Part shown: positions 61,387 to 64,000 of the stretch, one piece after another | Layout: every line of letters begins with the position of its first letter | How positions within the stretch are numbered: position 1 is the first letter of the stretch | Virus record (IMG/VR): IMGVR_UViG_3300048881_000548 | Span: 7,103 to 71,102 of that record | Strand: one strand, 5' to 3' | DNA length: 64,000 nucleotides | Source of the DNA: a virus | Lineage: Duplodnaviria > Caudoviricetes | Notes under the pieces: generated by a model | What the model was told of the DNA's origin: nothing | Seen by the model: only the letters and a program-made list of their open reading frames with translations | Database searches by the model: none | Program-made: the position numbers and the translations under genes

Positions 61387-62838
61387 CTACTCCTCGTCGT
61401 CATCCTCTTCGCGCCGCCGTCTGCGGCCATTGCGCTCGCCGCGCTCCTTCATCATCTCCCAGTATTCACTGGCGAGGCGCACGCTGTCCAGGCAGAACTG
61501 GCCGATGGCGTAGGCCTGGGTGATGAGGGCCGTCATCTTGCCTTCCTCGTTACGCACTTTTTCAACGAAGAGGCGGGCGAGGCCCAGCGCATACTCGGCG
61601 GCCGTCTGGCTGAGCGTGAGCAGCACGTCCGCGGTGGCGAGCTTGCTGATGTCCTCGGCAATCATGTCGCCCGTGACTGTGGTGGCCTTCTCCGATTCCC
61701 GGTTGCCCTGGGTCACCGTGATGAGAGCCGCGTTACGAGCATCGGCCACACCCCGGAGTTCCTCGACAATGCGCCCGACTTCGTCGCGCTTCTGGGCCTT
61801 GGGATCCATGGCGAAGAGGTCGGGGTAGTCGACGAGGATGGCGTCTGGCGTGAAGTTCTCGAAGCGCTGCAGCCCGTCGAGGTATGCGATGAACTTGGCG
61901 ACCGTCAGGCTCTTCGTGGGGAAGGCCTTGATGACGAGGCGCCTGCGCTTCATGAAGCCGCTCTTGGCCTTGCGCGTGAGGAAGGCACGAATGTCGTCGT
62001 CCTTCATGCTGGGGCGCTCCAGCTTCTCCTCGATCAGCGCCTGGAGGCCGCCGTCACGATCCTTGCTGAACTCGGTGACGCGCACCTGGCCTTGGCGCCT
62101 GCTGATGGAGAAGAGGCTCTGCAGCATGCGAGCCGCATAGCGACGCTCGCTCATCTCCAGGGAGACAATGAGCACGCTCCAGCGGCTTTTGAGCGCTTGC
62201 TTGGCGCAGTGCGTGAGGAACCACGACTTGCCCTTGCCGCGAGGCGCCATGAGCATATAGAGTTCCTTGCGCCTGGGGATGATCCCAGCCTCGTCGAGCA
62301 TGGGGATGCCCAGCTCGAAGCCCTCCTCCTCGGGTTCGTCGAGGATGGCGCCGATGTCCTCCATGGTGTCCAGGCGCAGGCCCATCTCGAAGCTCGTGGC
62401 TTGCGTGTTGAGGCTCTTCTGCATGGCGACCTCAGCATCTTCGATGCGGCCGTCGTTCATGGCCTCGATGGCTTCAGCCAGGCCTGACTTGAGGTTCTGC
62501 TGACGCACGAACTTGTGGAGCTGCTGCACCACGTAGGCGCCATTCACAGAGTCCTTGCTCAGGAAGAGGTTGTCAAGCAATCGCTTGTACGTGGATGCTT
62601 TTCGAGCATCGTCGCCGTCGAGGATGGACTCGAGATGGTCGGGCAAGTGCTCCTTGATGGGCTCCCCGTATTGCTCGATGTAGTCCATTGCATGGCCCGC
62701 GACTTCGCGGAACACGGTGCTCTCGAAGAGCTTGGGGCTGACGCTGGCGCAAACCAGCTTGCAGAATTTGTCGTCGAAGCAGAGCACGGAGAGGATGTTT
62801 TCCTGCAGCGTGCCCGTGAGTCTCTCGTCGTTGGACAT
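61387..62838 (-). CDS. DnaB-like replicative helicase
   Basis: APRGKGKS, SLEMS, LVDYPD, TVTQGNR and AEDISK. Confidence 0.92.
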   Translation of the reverse strand: MSNDERLTGTLQENILSVLCFDDKFCKLVCASVSPKLFESTVFREVAGHAMDYIEQYGEPIKEHLPDHLESILDGDDARKASTYKRLLDNLFLSKDSVNGAYVVQQLHKFVRQQNLKSGLAEAIEAMNDGRIEDAEVAMQKSLNTQATSFEMGLRLDTMEDIGAILDEPEEEGFELGIPMLDEAGIIPRRKELYMLMAPRGKGKSWFLTHCAKQALKSRWSVLIVSLEMSERRYAARMLQSLFSISRRQGQVRVTEFSKDRDGGLQALIEEKLERPSMKDDDIRAFLTRKAKSGFMKRRRLVIKAFPTKSLTVAKFIAYLDGLQRFENFTPDAILVDYPDLFAMDPKAQKRDEVGRIVEELRGVADARNAALITVTQGNRESEKATTVTGDMIAEDISKLATADVLLTLSQTAAEYALGLARLFVEKVRNEEGKMTALITQAYAIGQFCLDSVRLASEYWEMMKERGERNGRRRRREEDDDEE

Positions 62839-63084
62839 TTAGGTGAGTTCGTTGATGCGTTGAGCCTGGCCACGCAGAAGCTTGGCCTTGCCGGAATACT
62901 CGATCGTCTTCTGGCGATGATTGACTGCCAGCAGCCATCTGTTCTTGGCAAGCTCCTCGAAGGCCTTCTGTTCCTGGGCGGCCATCTGCTCGTAGTCTTC
63001 TGCGGTCTTGATGAGCAGCTCGGCGGCTTGCTTGCGGCCATGGCGCACGCCGTCTGGGTAGCCGTAACGGGGTGTCGTGGGCAT
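62839..63084 (-). CDS. Hypothetical protein
   Basis: Fills the gap; helical. Confidence 0.6.
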   Translation of the reverse strand: MPTTPRYGYPDGVRHGRKQAAELLIKTAEDYEQMAAQEQKAFEELAKNRWLLAVNHRQKTIEYSGKAKLLRGQAQRINELT

Positions 63085-63089
63085 CTTGC

Positions 63090-63416
63090 TCACCGCTTCA
63101 GGTCGATGTGGTGGTAGACGTGAAGAATCAGGCCACGCATAGGTTCGATGGTGGTGATGTAGCTGAGCCCTTTGCTGAGCCCGTCTGCGTCTTCTGACGC
63201 CGGAACATCGCGCCCCGTGCCAACGAAGGTAAAGACATGGCACCGCCTGGGATTCGTGAGAGGCTCAACCTCCGCCCAAAGGCTAACATAATTGCGCGCC
63301 CCTTCCTGCTGAAGACCGATATGGCGAATCTTGGCCCCCACCGGAAGATCAAGCCGACAAGCTCCGTCCGCATCTAGGTGTTCGATGGGCAGCGTGTATT
63401 TGAAGATCTTGGGCAT
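63090..63416 (-). CDS. Conserved phage hypothetical protein
   Basis: IFKY.L...LP.GA.I..G.Q...LWA.V...VGTG...YI.T...HVY pattern. Confidence 0.75.
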   Translation of the reverse strand: MPKIFKYTLPIEHLDADGACRLDLPVGAKIRHIGLQQEGARNYVSLWAEVEPLTNPRRCHVFTFVGTGRDVPASEDADGLSKGLSYITTIEPMRGLILHVYHHIDLKR

Positions 63417-63418
63417 AG

Positions 63419-64000
63419 TCACCTTTGCTGTAGTTGCTCGAAGGCCGCCACCATCGCATTCGTGGTATCGATGTCGTAGCGGCCCAGAGATTTATACAGG
63501 CGGCGAGGATTGAAGACGTCGAGATCATGCTCGGGGAGGCGCTGCTCCCTGGGAAAGAGCGGGTGGGGAAGTCGAATGAGCTGGAGGTTGCGGTCGATGA
63601 TGTCGCCGTGGCTATCGCGGTATTTGCGCATCAGCGAGGCATCGCGCAGGGCCTTGACCGCGGTTTTGATGCCGACGCCCTGGATGCCCTCGATGTCGTT
63701 GTGCGTGCCCGTGAGCGCCGTGGCTTGCATGTATTCGAGTGGCGTGATGCCAAGCTCCTTGGCGAGTCGCTTGCCATTCCAAAGCTTCTCCATGCCCTCA
63801 GTGTAGAGATGGAAGTTCTCGGCGTCGAAGAGCTGGTAGAGGTCACTGTCATTCGAGGCCGCATAGATGGCCTCGAAGCGATGCTCGTAGCAACGCACGA
63901 CGTGCCCTATGAGGTCGTCGCTCTCGAAGCCCTTGACGCGCCACGTGTTGATGCCGCACTCGTAGAGCGTGTCGAGGATCAGCTCCATGCTCGTCTTGTG
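63419..64000 (-). CDS. 5'-3' exonuclease/flap endonuclease (truncated at window edge)
   Basis: GFESDDLI, SNDSDLYQL, AL.G..NDI.GI.GVG.KTA (H3TH) and RN..LI.L. Confidence 0.9.
   Translation of the reverse strand, partial: HKTSMELILDTLYECGINTWRVKGFESDDLIGHVVRCYEHRFEAIYAASNDSDLYQLFDAENFHLYTEGMEKLWNGKRLAKELGITPLEYMQATALTGTHNDIEGIQGVGIKTAVKALRDASLMRKYRDSHGDIIDRNLQLIRLPHPLFPREQRLPEHDLDVFNPRRLYKSLGRYDIDTTNAMVAAFEQLQQR

Noticed and set aside
1-64000. tRNA, tmRNA, rRNA genes and CRISPR arrays
   Set aside because: No cloverleaf with a T-loop and acceptor stem, and no regularly spaced direct repeats, were seen by eye in the intergenic regions. A scan could still find divergent ones.
1-64000. Stop-codon reassignment
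   Set aside because: Conserved genes are full length in the standard code, and TAA, TAG and TGA all end genes at expected positions.

Overview
A 64-kb slice of a GC-rich dsDNA myophage genome, cut inside genes at both ends. No integrase or repressor is visible, so it is probably lytic; a betaproteobacterial host is a guess. The + strand (1-35.3 kb) carries small accessory genes (including QueD and a NUDIX hydrolase), two structured non-coding regions, terminase, an Acb1-like anti-CBASS 2H-phosphoesterase, a DUF1073/DUF2213/DUF2184/DUF3383-type head and contractile-tail module with GTA-like head spikes, and a lysis cassette (GH19 endolysin, Rz with embedded Rz1). The - strand (35.3-64 kb) carries a near-complete replication/recombination set (SbcCD-like nuclease, RuvC-like resolvase, RecA, gp32-like SSB, UvsY-like, clamp loader, sliding clamp, UDG-fused family A polymerase, primase, SNF2 and DnaB helicases, 5'-3' exonuclease), a sigma-like factor, a 7-deazaguanine DNA-modification cluster (QueC, FolE, DpdA/TGT-like) and a cassette of two secreted proteins. 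Best leads: (1) free-standing micro-ORFs that look like spare N-terminal modules of the DpdA barrel; (2) an HxH + T-x-D leader code that may load cargo, including Acb1, into the capsid; (3) a GTATAnnT promoter motif paired with the sigma-like gene; (4) an Arg-rich short motif shared by many proteins, plus mixed-charge SSB tails; (5) two large structured RNAs; (6) the secreted fibre-like pair. All family assignments come from motif recognition by eye; no database search or folding program was run.
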